Assembly (NCBI GenBank): GCA_016201405.1
Contig: JACQCZ010000016.1
Location: forward strand, 23,798-87,797
Origin: Candidatus Acetothermia bacterium
GTDB taxonomy: Bacteria; Bipolaricaulota; Bipolaricaulia; RBG-16-55-9
Direction of reading: 5' to 3'
DNA: 64,000 nucleotides
In this document: positions 1-9,014 of the stretch, piece by piece
Position numbering within the stretch: the first letter of the stretch is position 1
How the letters are laid out: each line of letters starts with the position of its first letter
Notes under the pieces: generated by a model
Database searches by the model: none
Told to the model about the DNA's origin: nothing
What the model saw: only the letters and a program-made list of their open reading frames with translations
Position numbers and translations under genes: made by a program

Positions 1-999
1 TCTGGGGAGAGCCCGTTTGCTTACACATTCTCCAATCAAGAGTGGATTCTCTCTCTCTATCGGGACGGCAACATCATTCATGCTCTTATCCACAATGAAT
101 TTCATGATCCGCTGGCGGCGGCTTGCAAGCCGGGAGATTCCAGCCCAGCCAATCCATGCTTATACAACTCGATCACCTCCGCAGTCTCTATGGATGGAGG
201 CCAGACATTCACTCAGTCTCACGCACCCGATAATGTTGTTGCTGCTCTCCCAACACCTTGGATAGCGCCTACTGGCCAGAGAGGAGATAGCAATATAAAT
301 CCTCGTGGCTACTTCACCCCCAGCAACATCATTCACGGAAAAGATGGCCTCTATTATTCGATGTTCTTTGCTATTCCATTCGCTGACAAGCCGGCGTTCC
401 GTGGAACCTGCCTCATGCGAACAGACAACTTGAGTGATCCGGGTAGCTGGCGTGCCTGGGATGGGACTGGCTTTTCAATCCCCATGCACAGTCCATATGA
501 CAGCAAAGGAGACCCAGCGCCGACGGGGCTGCCTCCTTGCGCATTTGTGAGTGCTGAGTCAATTGGCGATCTCTACGGCAGCCTCACCTTCAATTCTTAC
601 TTTGAAAAGTACATCTTGGTGGGGAGTGCACTCTTATCAGTCAATCGGGAGCTGACATGCGGAACGTACTTTTCACTCTCTGATGACTTGATCCACTGGT
701 CTACACCGCAGTTGCTCATGGCTGGAAAGCTGCCCTACCCACCCTGCTCAACGGGAAATCCGGATGGCTCCATCATCTACCCCAGTCTGATTGACCATAG
801 TGATACCACACCCAATTTTGAGAGCACAGGCCAGTCGCCCTACCTCTACTATGTTCTGTGGAATGATGGACTCGACCGGGATTTGATGAGGCTTCAGGTG
901 CACTTTGAGAAGGAGTCAGCCTCACTCTTGCTGTTTGGGTGGGCACCCCACACTCCCATAAGAGCAGAAGACACAGCAATCACCGGATTTGGGCTTTAA
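1..999 (+). CDS. Hypothetical beta-propeller/sialidase-like protein, 5'-truncated by window edge
   Basis: Frame is open from base 1 (SGESPFAYTF...) into ORF 190..999; Asp-box-like motifs SMDGGQTF and SDDLIHWS. Confidence 0.55.
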   Translation, partial: SGESPFAYTFSNQEWILSLYRDGNIIHALIHNEFHDPLAAACKPGDSSPANPCLYNSITSAVSMDGGQTFTQSHAPDNVVAALPTPWIAPTGQRGDSNINPRGYFTPSNIIHGKDGLYYSMFFAIPFADKPAFRGTCLMRTDNLSDPGSWRAWDGTGFSIPMHSPYDSKGDPAPTGLPPCAFVSAESIGDLYGSLTFNSYFEKYILVGSALLSVNRELTCGTYFSLSDDLIHWSTPQLLMAGKLPYPPCSTGNPDGSIIYPSLIDHSDTTPNFESTGQSPYLYYVLWNDGLDRDLMRLQVHFEKESASLLLFGWAPHTPIRAEDTAITGFGL

Positions 1000-1128
1000 C
1001 AGAGCATGACACTGGGTGCAGAGATAAAAGAAGAGACAGGAGCTCGTTGGCATCACCTCTTCTTTCGAGTGGCCACATTTCGGGCAGGTGATGATCGATG
1101 TCAAAAGAGTCTTCGATTCGTCCATCAT
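922..1128 (-). CDS. GDCCVxC-motif small Cys-rich protein
   Basis: ITCPKCGH...CLFFYLCTQC...LKPKSGDCCVFCSYGSVGCPP; ATGA overlap with the upstream pseudouridine synthase. Confidence 0.8.
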   Translation of the reverse strand: MMDESKTLLTSIITCPKCGHSKEEVMPTSSCLFFYLCTQCHALLKPKSGDCCVFCSYGSVGCPPKQQE

Positions 1129-1877
1129 TTGTTCACTCCAGCCTCTTCCAGCAGAGCCTGGAGTGCTCGGCGCTCTCCTGCGGTGACCCGCTCCAGCACT
1201 CTGGGCTTCAGCTTGCGCAGCTCAACTGGCCCAATCGTGGTTCGAAGCAGCCGCGAGACCGGAAGCTTAAAATGATGGAAGAGCCGCTTGATCTCGTGCT
1301 TTTTGCCCTCGGTCAAGATCAGCTCAAAGAGCGAGTCATTGGGGCCTTGCCCCAAGAAGCGCCCCTCTTCGATCCTCAGTCTCTCACCCGCATCTAGAAT
1401 CCCCTTCTTCATTCTGGACAAGATCTCATCCGCATGGCGAAAGGGAATAATGGCTGAAACGAGAACCTCATATCTCTTTCGGACCTTGTACCTTGGATGC
1501 GTGAGCAGGTTGATCAATCTGCCGTCATTGCTAAAGAGCATGAGGCCTTCAGCGTCCCGGTCCAGACGGCCGGCGACGGCATAGCCTTTGAGACCCGCCG
1601 TCTCCAGGACCTTGCCCATTGTGTTCTGATATTTCGGGTCCTCATGCGAAGAGATCATCCCACGGGGCTTGTAATATTTATAGACCGCAATCTCGAACTG
1701 CTTAAGCGGGATCTGCTTCGCATCCACGCAAAGCTCTTTCACCTGCCCTGGATTCATCTCCATAAAGGGCGTGAGGACAATCTGGCCATTGAGCTGGACT
1801 TTCCCAGCCTTAATGAGCTCTTGCGCCTTGCGGCGCGAGACGCGGGCCTGGCGCTGAACGATCTGAAGGAATCTCAT
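1125..1877 (-). CDS. rRNA pseudouridine synthase, RsuA/RluB family
   Basis: S4-like N-terminus (SRRKAQELIKAGKV), KPRG, catalytic GRLDRDAEGL, EGKKHEIKR. Start moved to the ATG just after the upstream stop. Confidence 0.9.
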   Translation of the reverse strand: MRFLQIVQRQARVSRRKAQELIKAGKVQLNGQIVLTPFMEMNPGQVKELCVDAKQIPLKQFEIAVYKYYKPRGMISSHEDPKYQNTMGKVLETAGLKGYAVAGRLDRDAEGLMLFSNDGRLINLLTHPRYKVRKRYEVLVSAIIPFRHADEILSRMKKGILDAGERLRIEEGRFLGQGPNDSLFELILTEGKKHEIKRLFHHFKLPVSRLLRTTIGPVELRKLKPRVLERVTAGERRALQALLEEAGVNK

Positions 1878-1878
1878 T

Positions 1879-3765
1879 TTAGTCATCTGAATAAGAATAC
1901 GTCGGGACAATCTCCTTGAGTAGGGCTTTGATCTCCTCCGCTTTACCCTGCTGGGCCATGTTGCTGAGCGTCTCCAGTCTGGCTCGCAGCTCTCTTTCGT
2001 CCAGCGTTGCTCCCAGCTTGGCGACAAAGATCTGCTTGTGCTGAGTGGCTAATGTCCCCTCTTCTGCCGTCAATAGCTCTTCAAAAAGTTTTTCACCCGG
2101 GCGGATGCCAGTGAAGACGATGGCAATCTCTTTGTCTGGCTCATACCCCGAAAGCCGGATCATATCACGTGCCAGGCCCACAATCTTGACTGGATTGCCC
2201 ATGTCCAGCACGAAGACCTCTCCACCACGCCCCATCGCTCCGGCTTGCAGCACCAGAGTGACCGCCTCTGCTGGGACCATAAAATAGCGCTTCATCTCTG
2301 GATGCGTGACGGTAATGGGGCCGCCTTGCTGGATCTGTCTTTGAAATTCTGGAATGACACTGCCCCGGCTGCCAAGCACATTCCCAAAGCGCACGGCAAC
2401 GTACGGAGTCTTCTTTTGGCCATTGAATGCCTGTATCACAATCTCGGCCACGCGCTTGGTCGCTCCCATTACAGAAGTCGGGTTGACCGCTTTATCCGTA
2501 GAGATTAGAACAAACTTCTCTGCTCCGTTCGCTTGCGCAGCTTCAGCGACATTGAGTGTGCCAAAGATATTGTTCTTGACGGCCTCCTCGGGATGATGCT
2601 CCATCAACGGGACATGCTTATACGCAGCCGCATGGAAGACGACTTGCGGCTTAAATTCCCGAAACAGCTGATGGATCTTATTCTGATCGCGCAGATCACA
2701 AAGCAGAATCTCTAGGTCTATGTTTGAGACAGACTCTTGCAGCTCGTTCCCCAAATGGAAGAGACCCGTCTCATCTTGATCAAGTGCGATGAGCCTCTTC
2801 GGCTCAAATTGCGCCACCTGGCGACAGAGCTCGGAGCCGATCGAGCCTGCCGATCCTGTCACCAGAACCGTCTTCCCCTTTAAATAGCCTTGGATCCCAG
2901 ATACATCGATCTGGACAGGCTCTCGCCCCAATAAATCCTCGAGCTGCACTTCACGGATATTGGCCAGGCTCACCTGCCCCGTGACCAGCTCATGAAAGCC
3001 CGGTAAGGTCTTAATGTGACGGAGTCCGGCTTGGCGGCCGCATTCCATAATCTCGCGAATCTTGGTCGGAGGTGCAGTCGGGATCGCAATGAGCAATTCA
3101 TCAATTTCATGACGGCTTAGCACGGAAGGAATCTGATCACACCGCCCAAGCACAGGGACACCATGAATCACAATGCCGCGTTTGGCTGGATCGTCGTCCA
3201 CGAACCCGATCGGTGAGTACTGGGAGCGCTGCTCTAGATGCATAGCTCGCACGATCTGCTCTCCAGCACTGCCCGCCCCCGCAATCAGAACACGCCGACC
3301 TTTTATGGATGAGAATCCCTGGATTAGACCCAAATAGATTCTTTTGAGGGATCGAAACCCGCCAATCAGAGTGAGCGTCAAAATATAATCAATCACTAAG
3401 ATGCCGCGCGGGAAAGTGACTCCCCACGGCTCTCGCTGAACCAGAAAGTAGAGCGTCCCCAGCAGCGCCGAGCTTAGCGTGACCGCTTGCGCAACGGAGA
3501 CGAGCTCACGGAAGCTTACATACGTCCAGCTCATTCTGTAAAGCCCAAACAGATAGAAGATGACCAGCTTCCCGACCAGAGCGAAGGCAAGATAGGTCTC
3601 AAAATCATCCACCCATGTAGCCGGGATTGTGCCATCAAACCGGATCAGAAAGCTTCCATAGAGCGCCAAAGAGATCAGCACAGAATCGGCGATCAAAAAG
3701 AGGAGCACCCTTCTCAAACGCATCTGCTCAAGTAGTGTCGATGTTCGCATGATCCATACGCTCAA
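1879..3765 (-). CDS. Membrane-bound UDP-sugar 4,6-dehydratase, PglF/CapD family
   Basis: N-terminal TM helices, then TGSAGSIGSEL, HAAAYKHVP, ISTDKAVNP, RFGNVLGSRGSV. Confidence 0.93.
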   Translation of the reverse strand: MSVWIMRTSTLLEQMRLRRVLLFLIADSVLISLALYGSFLIRFDGTIPATWVDDFETYLAFALVGKLVIFYLFGLYRMSWTYVSFRELVSVAQAVTLSSALLGTLYFLVQREPWGVTFPRGILVIDYILTLTLIGGFRSLKRIYLGLIQGFSSIKGRRVLIAGAGSAGEQIVRAMHLEQRSQYSPIGFVDDDPAKRGIVIHGVPVLGRCDQIPSVLSRHEIDELLIAIPTAPPTKIREIMECGRQAGLRHIKTLPGFHELVTGQVSLANIREVQLEDLLGREPVQIDVSGIQGYLKGKTVLVTGSAGSIGSELCRQVAQFEPKRLIALDQDETGLFHLGNELQESVSNIDLEILLCDLRDQNKIHQLFREFKPQVVFHAAAYKHVPLMEHHPEEAVKNNIFGTLNVAEAAQANGAEKFVLISTDKAVNPTSVMGATKRVAEIVIQAFNGQKKTPYVAVRFGNVLGSRGSVIPEFQRQIQQGGPITVTHPEMKRYFMVPAEAVTLVLQAGAMGRGGEVFVLDMGNPVKIVGLARDMIRLSGYEPDKEIAIVFTGIRPGEKLFEELLTAEEGTLATQHKQIFVAKLGATLDERELRARLETLSNMAQQGKAEEIKALLKEIVPTYSYSDD

Positions 3766-3789
3766 TAATTCAATATTCTACTAGAAAAG

Positions 3790-4173
3790 CTAATTCCAGA
3801 GAGAGCTTCCACGGGAGACCAGATAGATTCCGAAGATAATAACCGCGATGCCAAGCCACTGCATAAGGCTGATCTCTTCTTTAAATACCAGCGCCGAGAG
3901 CAAGGCCACCAAGACGAAGGTGAGACTCAAGATAGGATAGGCATAACTCAGCTGTACTTTGGGCAACGCGCTAAGCCAGCTAATGGCGGCGATCAGTCCA
4001 AAGAGGATGCCCGAGAGCACATTCAGATTTTGTAAGATCTTCCCAAGATAGGGCAGCACAAGCTGAAGCTCTCCTGGAAGAGACCCAATCTCGTTCATGC
4101 CTCGTTTCATCGAGATTTGCGAGATGGCCGTAAAGACGACAGCCAGCCCAACATAGAGATACTCTCGGGTCAT
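3790..4173 (-). CDS. Small EamA/SMR-family membrane protein (ArnE/ArnF-like)
   Basis: 127 aa, four hydrophobic segments, LSYAYP motif. Confidence 0.75.
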   Translation of the reverse strand: MTREYLYVGLAVVFTAISQISMKRGMNEIGSLPGELQLVLPYLGKILQNLNVLSGILFGLIAAISWLSALPKVQLSYAYPILSLTFVLVALLSALVFKEEISLMQWLGIAVIIFGIYLVSRGSSLWN

Positions 4174-4193
4174 GGTTATATGATTATTTTCTC

Positions 4194-5309
4194 CTAGCGC
4201 AGCAATTGCTCCAGTTGAGAGCCAACGTAGTCAATCTCTTTCTCCGAGAGCTGATTAAAAAAAGGCAAGGCAATCGTGCGATCGGAGACATGCTCTGTCA
4301 CGGGGAAATCGCCCCGCTTCCATCCAAATTGTGCTTGATAAAAGGGCTGCAGGTGAATTGGACTGAAGTAGTTTCTGTTCTCGATCCCCCGGTCTCGAAG
4401 CCCCTCTTGAATCTCTTCCCGGTCGGTTTTCGTAAAGCGATCCGCAAGTCGAATCACATAGACAAACCATCTCACTTTGACATCCGGTGCGATGCAAGGC
4501 GGATAGAGATCTTTGATCGCTTTGAGACGCTTGAAATAGAGCTGAGCCACTCGATCCCGCTTCTCTTGCAGCTCTTCAATTCGCTCAAGCTGCGCTAACC
4601 CTAAAGCACAATTGATATCACTCAGGCGAAAATTATAGCCAATCCTCTCATGCTGCAGCCACGTTCCAGCTTCTCCTCGTCCCTGATTGCGATAGCTTCT
4701 GCAGAGCTTGGCGATCTCTTCGCGGTCTGTAAGAATGACACCGCCCTCGCCAGTAGTCATCTGTTTGTTGGGATAGAAGGCAAAGACCCCCACATCTCCA
4801 AAACAGCCGGCTTTTCTATTCTTGTATTCAGAGCCAATCGCTTCGGCAGAGTCTTCAATCAATAGCAGTCTATGCTTCTTGGCAATCTTTGTAATTGCAT
4901 CCCAATTGGCTGGCTGGCCAAAGACATCTACGGCGAGAATTGCCTTTGTTTTGGGGGTGATTGCTGCTTCGATCTTTGAGACATCTATATTATAGGTGCT
5001 TGGCTCAATATCTACAAAAACTGGCTTTGCGCCTTCAAAAAGCATGCAATTGGCAGAGGCTACAAAGCTAAAGGGAGTAGTGATCACCTCATCACCCTGG
5101 CCGATGCCCAATGCTTTGACCATCAGATGAAGTGCGGAGGTGCCGCTGTTCACCGCGACGGCATACCGCACCCCCGCATAGCGGGCGATCTTCTCTTCAA
5201 ACTCAGGTAGCCTTGGACCCAGGCTGAGATATGGGCTCTTCAGAACGGCCGTCACGTACTCGATCTCTTTGGGGCCAATATCCGGTCGCGCCAACGGAAT
5301 CATTTTCAT
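4194..5309 (-). CDS. DegT/DnrJ/EryC1/StrS aminotransferase (PglE-like by context)
   Basis: NSGTSALH, IEDSAEA, FYPNKQMTTGEGG (PLP lysine). Confidence 0.92.
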   Translation of the reverse strand: MKMIPLARPDIGPKEIEYVTAVLKSPYLSLGPRLPEFEEKIARYAGVRYAVAVNSGTSALHLMVKALGIGQGDEVITTPFSFVASANCMLFEGAKPVFVDIEPSTYNIDVSKIEAAITPKTKAILAVDVFGQPANWDAITKIAKKHRLLLIEDSAEAIGSEYKNRKAGCFGDVGVFAFYPNKQMTTGEGGVILTDREEIAKLCRSYRNQGRGEAGTWLQHERIGYNFRLSDINCALGLAQLERIEELQEKRDRVAQLYFKRLKAIKDLYPPCIAPDVKVRWFVYVIRLADRFTKTDREEIQEGLRDRGIENRNYFSPIHLQPFYQAQFGWKRGDFPVTEHVSDRTIALPFFNQLSEKEIDYVGSQLEQLLR

Positions 5310-5328
5310 TTGGCGAATCAGACCTCCT

Positions 5329-5979
5329 CTAGCGGTGCTGCTGGATGACTTTAGCGGGAACTCCTACGGCTGTCACATGGTTTGGAATATTCTCAATAAC
5401 AGCTGCCCCTGCACCGATCGTGCATTCATCGCCAATGGTGATCCCTTGGATAACACTCGCCCCTATCCCAATGTGAGTCGACTTGCCTACTTTCACATTG
5501 CCGGCTAAATGCGCTCCCGGAGAGATGTGAACAAAATCTCCAACCTGGCAATCATGATCAATAGTGGCTCCCGTATTTACGATAACATGCTTTCCAATGC
5601 GCGAATCCGAGTTGATGACTACGCCTGCCATAATGACTGCTCCCTCTTCGACGACAACTCCACGGGCAATTTGTGCTGATGGATGAATGATCGTGGCAAA
5701 TGGGAATCCGAGTTTTTTTATCTTCTCACTCAAGCCTTCTCGCACTTTGTTAGAGCCAATGGCTATTATCACGTGTGCTCTTAGGTCCACTTGCCTCTGG
5801 ATAAGCTGGAAACCTCCCAAGACCGGGTACCCAAAAAAGGGCTTATTATGCAGATCAGAATCGTCATCCAAGATGCCGACTATCGAATATATGTTGTGCT
5901 TTTCAGCAGTATCGATGACCACCTTGGCATGGCCCCTGGCTCCATAGACTAGAAGCTCTTTCTTCTCTTTACTGGACAT
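5329..5979 (-). CDS. Sugar N-acetyltransferase, PglD/NeuD family
   Basis: GARGHAKVV, hexapeptide repeats, IDHDC, GVPAK. Confidence 0.9.
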   Translation of the reverse strand: MSSKEKKELLVYGARGHAKVVIDTAEKHNIYSIVGILDDDSDLHNKPFFGYPVLGGFQLIQRQVDLRAHVIIAIGSNKVREGLSEKIKKLGFPFATIIHPSAQIARGVVVEEGAVIMAGVVINSDSRIGKHVIVNTGATIDHDCQVGDFVHISPGAHLAGNVKVGKSTHIGIGASVIQGITIGDECTIGAGAAVIENIPNHVTAVGVPAKVIQQHR

Positions 5980-6628
5980 GCTCTTTCCCGGATTTGCGGA
6001 TCTCGTCTGGACTCGGCGGGGTTACAAATGGGTCATTCACTCCCTCTTCTCCATAGAGCCCTTCGCGCTTTATCAGCACGACCCAGAGTGTCTTGAATAG
6101 AATCTTTACATCGAGCCAGAAGGACCACTGGTCAATGTACTGCAGATCGAGCTCAATCCGTTTCGCCCATGCGAGACCATTCCTTCCGGAGACTACGGCC
6201 AAACTGGTGATGCCCGGCTTCATGGCGAGGCGCCGTCTCTGGTTTGAGTCGTAGTGCTTCACCTGGTACTCCAGCGTCGGGCGTGGGCCAACCATGCTCA
6301 TATCTCGGACAAGCACGTTGAAGATTTGAGGAAGCTCATCTAGCCCAAAATCTCTTAGGAATTTTCCAACTCGCGTGATGCGAGGATCATCAATTGCTGC
6401 TTGATAGCCAAGCCCTTGATGTATTGCTTTGTCAATCATGGTGCGGAATTTCCAGACTTTGAACAGCTTACCCTCTTTGCCAACTCGCTCCTGTCTAAAA
6501 AAGACTGGGCCCTTGGACTCGAGTTTGATGAGAAGTGCAAAGATCACGAACGGAATCGCTAACAGAATGAGCGCTATCACGCTCAGGATAATATCTATCA
6601 GGCTCTTTAGTGCTCTTTGAATTGACAT
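5969..6628 (-). CDS. Initiating phosphoglycosyl transferase, PglC family
   Basis: KFRTM, DPRITRVG, LDELPQ, MSMVGPRP, KPGIT. Confidence 0.92.
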   Translation of the reverse strand: MSIQRALKSLIDIILSVIALILLAIPFVIFALLIKLESKGPVFFRQERVGKEGKLFKVWKFRTMIDKAIHQGLGYQAAIDDPRITRVGKFLRDFGLDELPQIFNVLVRDMSMVGPRPTLEYQVKHYDSNQRRRLAMKPGITSLAVVSGRNGLAWAKRIELDLQYIDQWSFWLDVKILFKTLWVVLIKREGLYGEEGVNDPFVTPPSPDEIRKSGKEHVQ

Positions 6629-6680
6629 AAATCTGCATTGTCATTGTAGCGAAAACTGATACGCGTGGAACTCTTTCATA

Positions 6681-7826
6681 TCACAGTGAGGCACCGCCAG
6701 ATTCTTCCAGAAGAATGTCTACGATCTTCAGGGCAGACGTGCCATCGCCATAAAGATGAGTGACTCGAGCCATTTCGTTGTATTCGGCAGAATTACTTAA
6801 TAGTCTCTTCGTCTCAGAAAAGATCTTTTCAGAATCAGTGCCAACGATTTTGGAGACTCCGGCTTCGACAGCTTCGAGTCGCTCAGTCATATCCCGCATG
6901 ACTAGCACAGGTTTTCCTAACAACGGAGCCTCTTCTTGGATCCCACCCGAATCCGTCAAGATGAGTGTGGACCGGCTCATCAGCCAGACAAACTGCTCAT
7001 ATCCAAGAGGGGGAAGCAAGTGAATATTAGAAATATCTTTCAGCATCTTTCGGACAGGCTCTCGGGCATTTGGATTGAGATGCACGGGATAGAGAACCAG
7101 AACGTTTGGGACTTCTTGGGCAATCTTCTTTAATCCGGCACAAATATTCTCCAAAGGCCTGCCAAAGCTCTCGCGGCGATGACCGGTCACTAAAATTACT
7201 CTTCTATCTGCGAGAACAATGCCATATTCTGTTCGAAAATCTTCACTGAGCCTTTTCTGAGTCATCGAATCTGCTTGGCATTTCACAACGTTAAGAAGCG
7301 CATCAATTCCCGTGTTGCCAACCAAGTGGATGCGCGATGTTGAAATGCCCTCGTTTAGCAAGTTGCTTTTGGCTCGCTCAGTGGGAGCAAAGCAGGGATC
7401 AGAAAGCGCGTCAATCAGCGTCCGATTCATCTCTTCCGGAAAAGGATTTCTGGGGTTATGAGTTCTGAGCCCTGCCTCCACATGCGCAACTCTTGTTTTC
7501 AAATAATAAGCAGCCAATGCACCCGCCAGCGCCGTAGTTGTATCTCCTTGCACAAGAACAAGATCGGGGTTCTCTTCATGAAAGACAGGCTCCAATGCCT
7601 GCAATGCACGCGTGGCCAGATCCACCGGACTCTGGCCCATCCTCATCAAGTCAAGGTCTCTGTCTGGCTTTATGCGGAATAGACTCAGAAGAGGATCAAG
7701 CATCTCTCGATGCTGCGCGGTGATGCAGACCCGCGATTGGATTTCCGGATGCAGAGCCAGCTCCTGAAGGACTGGAGCCAGCTTAATCGCTTCTGGCCGG
7801 GTCCCAAAGATGGTCAGAATCTTCAT
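6681..7826 (-). CDS. wecB: UDP-GlcNAc 2-epimerase (non-hydrolysing)
   Basis: FGTRPEAIK, QGDTTT, HVEAGLR, HRRES, TDSGGIQEEA. Start set at MKILT. Confidence 0.93.
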   Translation of the reverse strand: MKILTIFGTRPEAIKLAPVLQELALHPEIQSRVCITAQHREMLDPLLSLFRIKPDRDLDLMRMGQSPVDLATRALQALEPVFHEENPDLVLVQGDTTTALAGALAAYYLKTRVAHVEAGLRTHNPRNPFPEEMNRTLIDALSDPCFAPTERAKSNLLNEGISTSRIHLVGNTGIDALLNVVKCQADSMTQKRLSEDFRTEYGIVLADRRVILVTGHRRESFGRPLENICAGLKKIAQEVPNVLVLYPVHLNPNAREPVRKMLKDISNIHLLPPLGYEQFVWLMSRSTLILTDSGGIQEEAPLLGKPVLVMRDMTERLEAVEAGVSKIVGTDSEKIFSETKRLLSNSAEYNEMARVTHLYGDGTSALKIVDILLEESGGASL

Positions 7827-8994
7827 TTTCTGCGAGCAGATTTTTGTAAAGATTGAGATATTGCTCCAATATGACGCAATTCGAAAAGCGGCTTTCAACA
7901 ATCTCTCTGGATCGTTTGCCCATTGTTTGTCGCAATTTAGGATTCCCGGTCAGACGCTCAAGTGCTTGAGCCAGAGCCTCAGAATTGCGGGGCGGAATGA
8001 GATAGCCATTCTCACCATCATTCACAGTCTCGCGACAGCCTGGCACATCGGTCGTAATCACAGGAAGCTCCATCGCCATCGCTTCAAGCACAGTCCTGGG
8101 GAGTCCCTCACCGTACGAAGGCAGAGCATAAATGTCACTAATGGCAAGCCACTCCGGAATATTCTCTTGATAACCTGGCGCAATCAAGTTGCCCTGAGAG
8201 ATGTAAGGCCGAAGACTCTCCACTGTCAATGTGGATGGATTACCAGGATCAGGATCGCCAATCAAAACAAACCTGGCACGATTTCTCATACGCACTCCCG
8301 CTTGAAGAAACTCATAGACGCCTTTCGATGCGAGAAGCCGTGCGACCATAGTCACCACAATTTCATCAGGCGCAAGTCTCCACTCTTTGCGCAATTGAGC
8401 TTTGCGCTCTTCTGAGACCGCCTGAGGTGAGAACAGATTTACATCTACGCCTGAGCCGATGATAAGCCTTGTCTGCTCAGAGCGGCAAAGTCTTTTATCG
8501 AGATAAAATTTCTGGTCGTCGGGGTTCTGAAAGATGACGGCTGAGGCTCTACTCAACGCCCTTCTCGTCAGGTTGTTGACCCCGACTCGCGCTACAGCAC
8601 CACGAAACCCAAAGTTATCTGAATAGAGCGACCCCAACCCCGTGACTGTGCTAACAATCACCGGAACGCGAGCATGCTGCCCTGCAATTCCTCCATACGC
8701 ATTGGGCCGAAGCGTAAATGTATGCAGGAGATTGGGTCTTAGCTTGTGAAGCAGCTGGGTCAGTCTATCCATGACTCCAAGCACGGCAATGGGATTGAAT
8801 GACAGGCGATCAAAGTCAAAGGGCACAAACTCAATACGATGCTGCTTGAACAGAGAGGAATATTCCCCTGATGGGGAGATAGCAAGAACCTGCGCGCCTT
8901 GAGTTATCAACTCTTGCATCAGTGCTAACCGGAAGCGATATAAATTGAAATCGAGGTGAGAGAAGAAGGCAAAGCGTTTATTCTTGAAGCTCAT
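7783..8994 (-). CDS. GT4 glycosyltransferase (PglA/Cap1E-like)
   Basis: VTGLGS, FQNPDD, GSGVD, EGLPRTVLEA, TDVPGCRE. Confidence 0.9.
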   Translation of the reverse strand: MSFKNKRFAFFSHLDFNLYRFRLALMQELITQGAQVLAISPSGEYSSLFKQHRIEFVPFDFDRLSFNPIAVLGVMDRLTQLLHKLRPNLLHTFTLRPNAYGGIAGQHARVPVIVSTVTGLGSLYSDNFGFRGAVARVGVNNLTRRALSRASAVIFQNPDDQKFYLDKRLCRSEQTRLIIGSGVDVNLFSPQAVSEERKAQLRKEWRLAPDEIVVTMVARLLASKGVYEFLQAGVRMRNRARFVLIGDPDPGNPSTLTVESLRPYISQGNLIAPGYQENIPEWLAISDIYALPSYGEGLPRTVLEAMAMELPVITTDVPGCRETVNDGENGYLIPPRNSEALAQALERLTGNPKLRQTMGKRSREIVESRFSNCVILEQYLNLYKNLLAENEDSDHLWDPARSD

Positions 8995-9014
8995 GGAGAT
9001 TTGGGTAGGAGCCT

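Noticed and set aside
922..1128. Selenoprotein
   Set aside because: No in-frame TGA; all motif positions are Cys.
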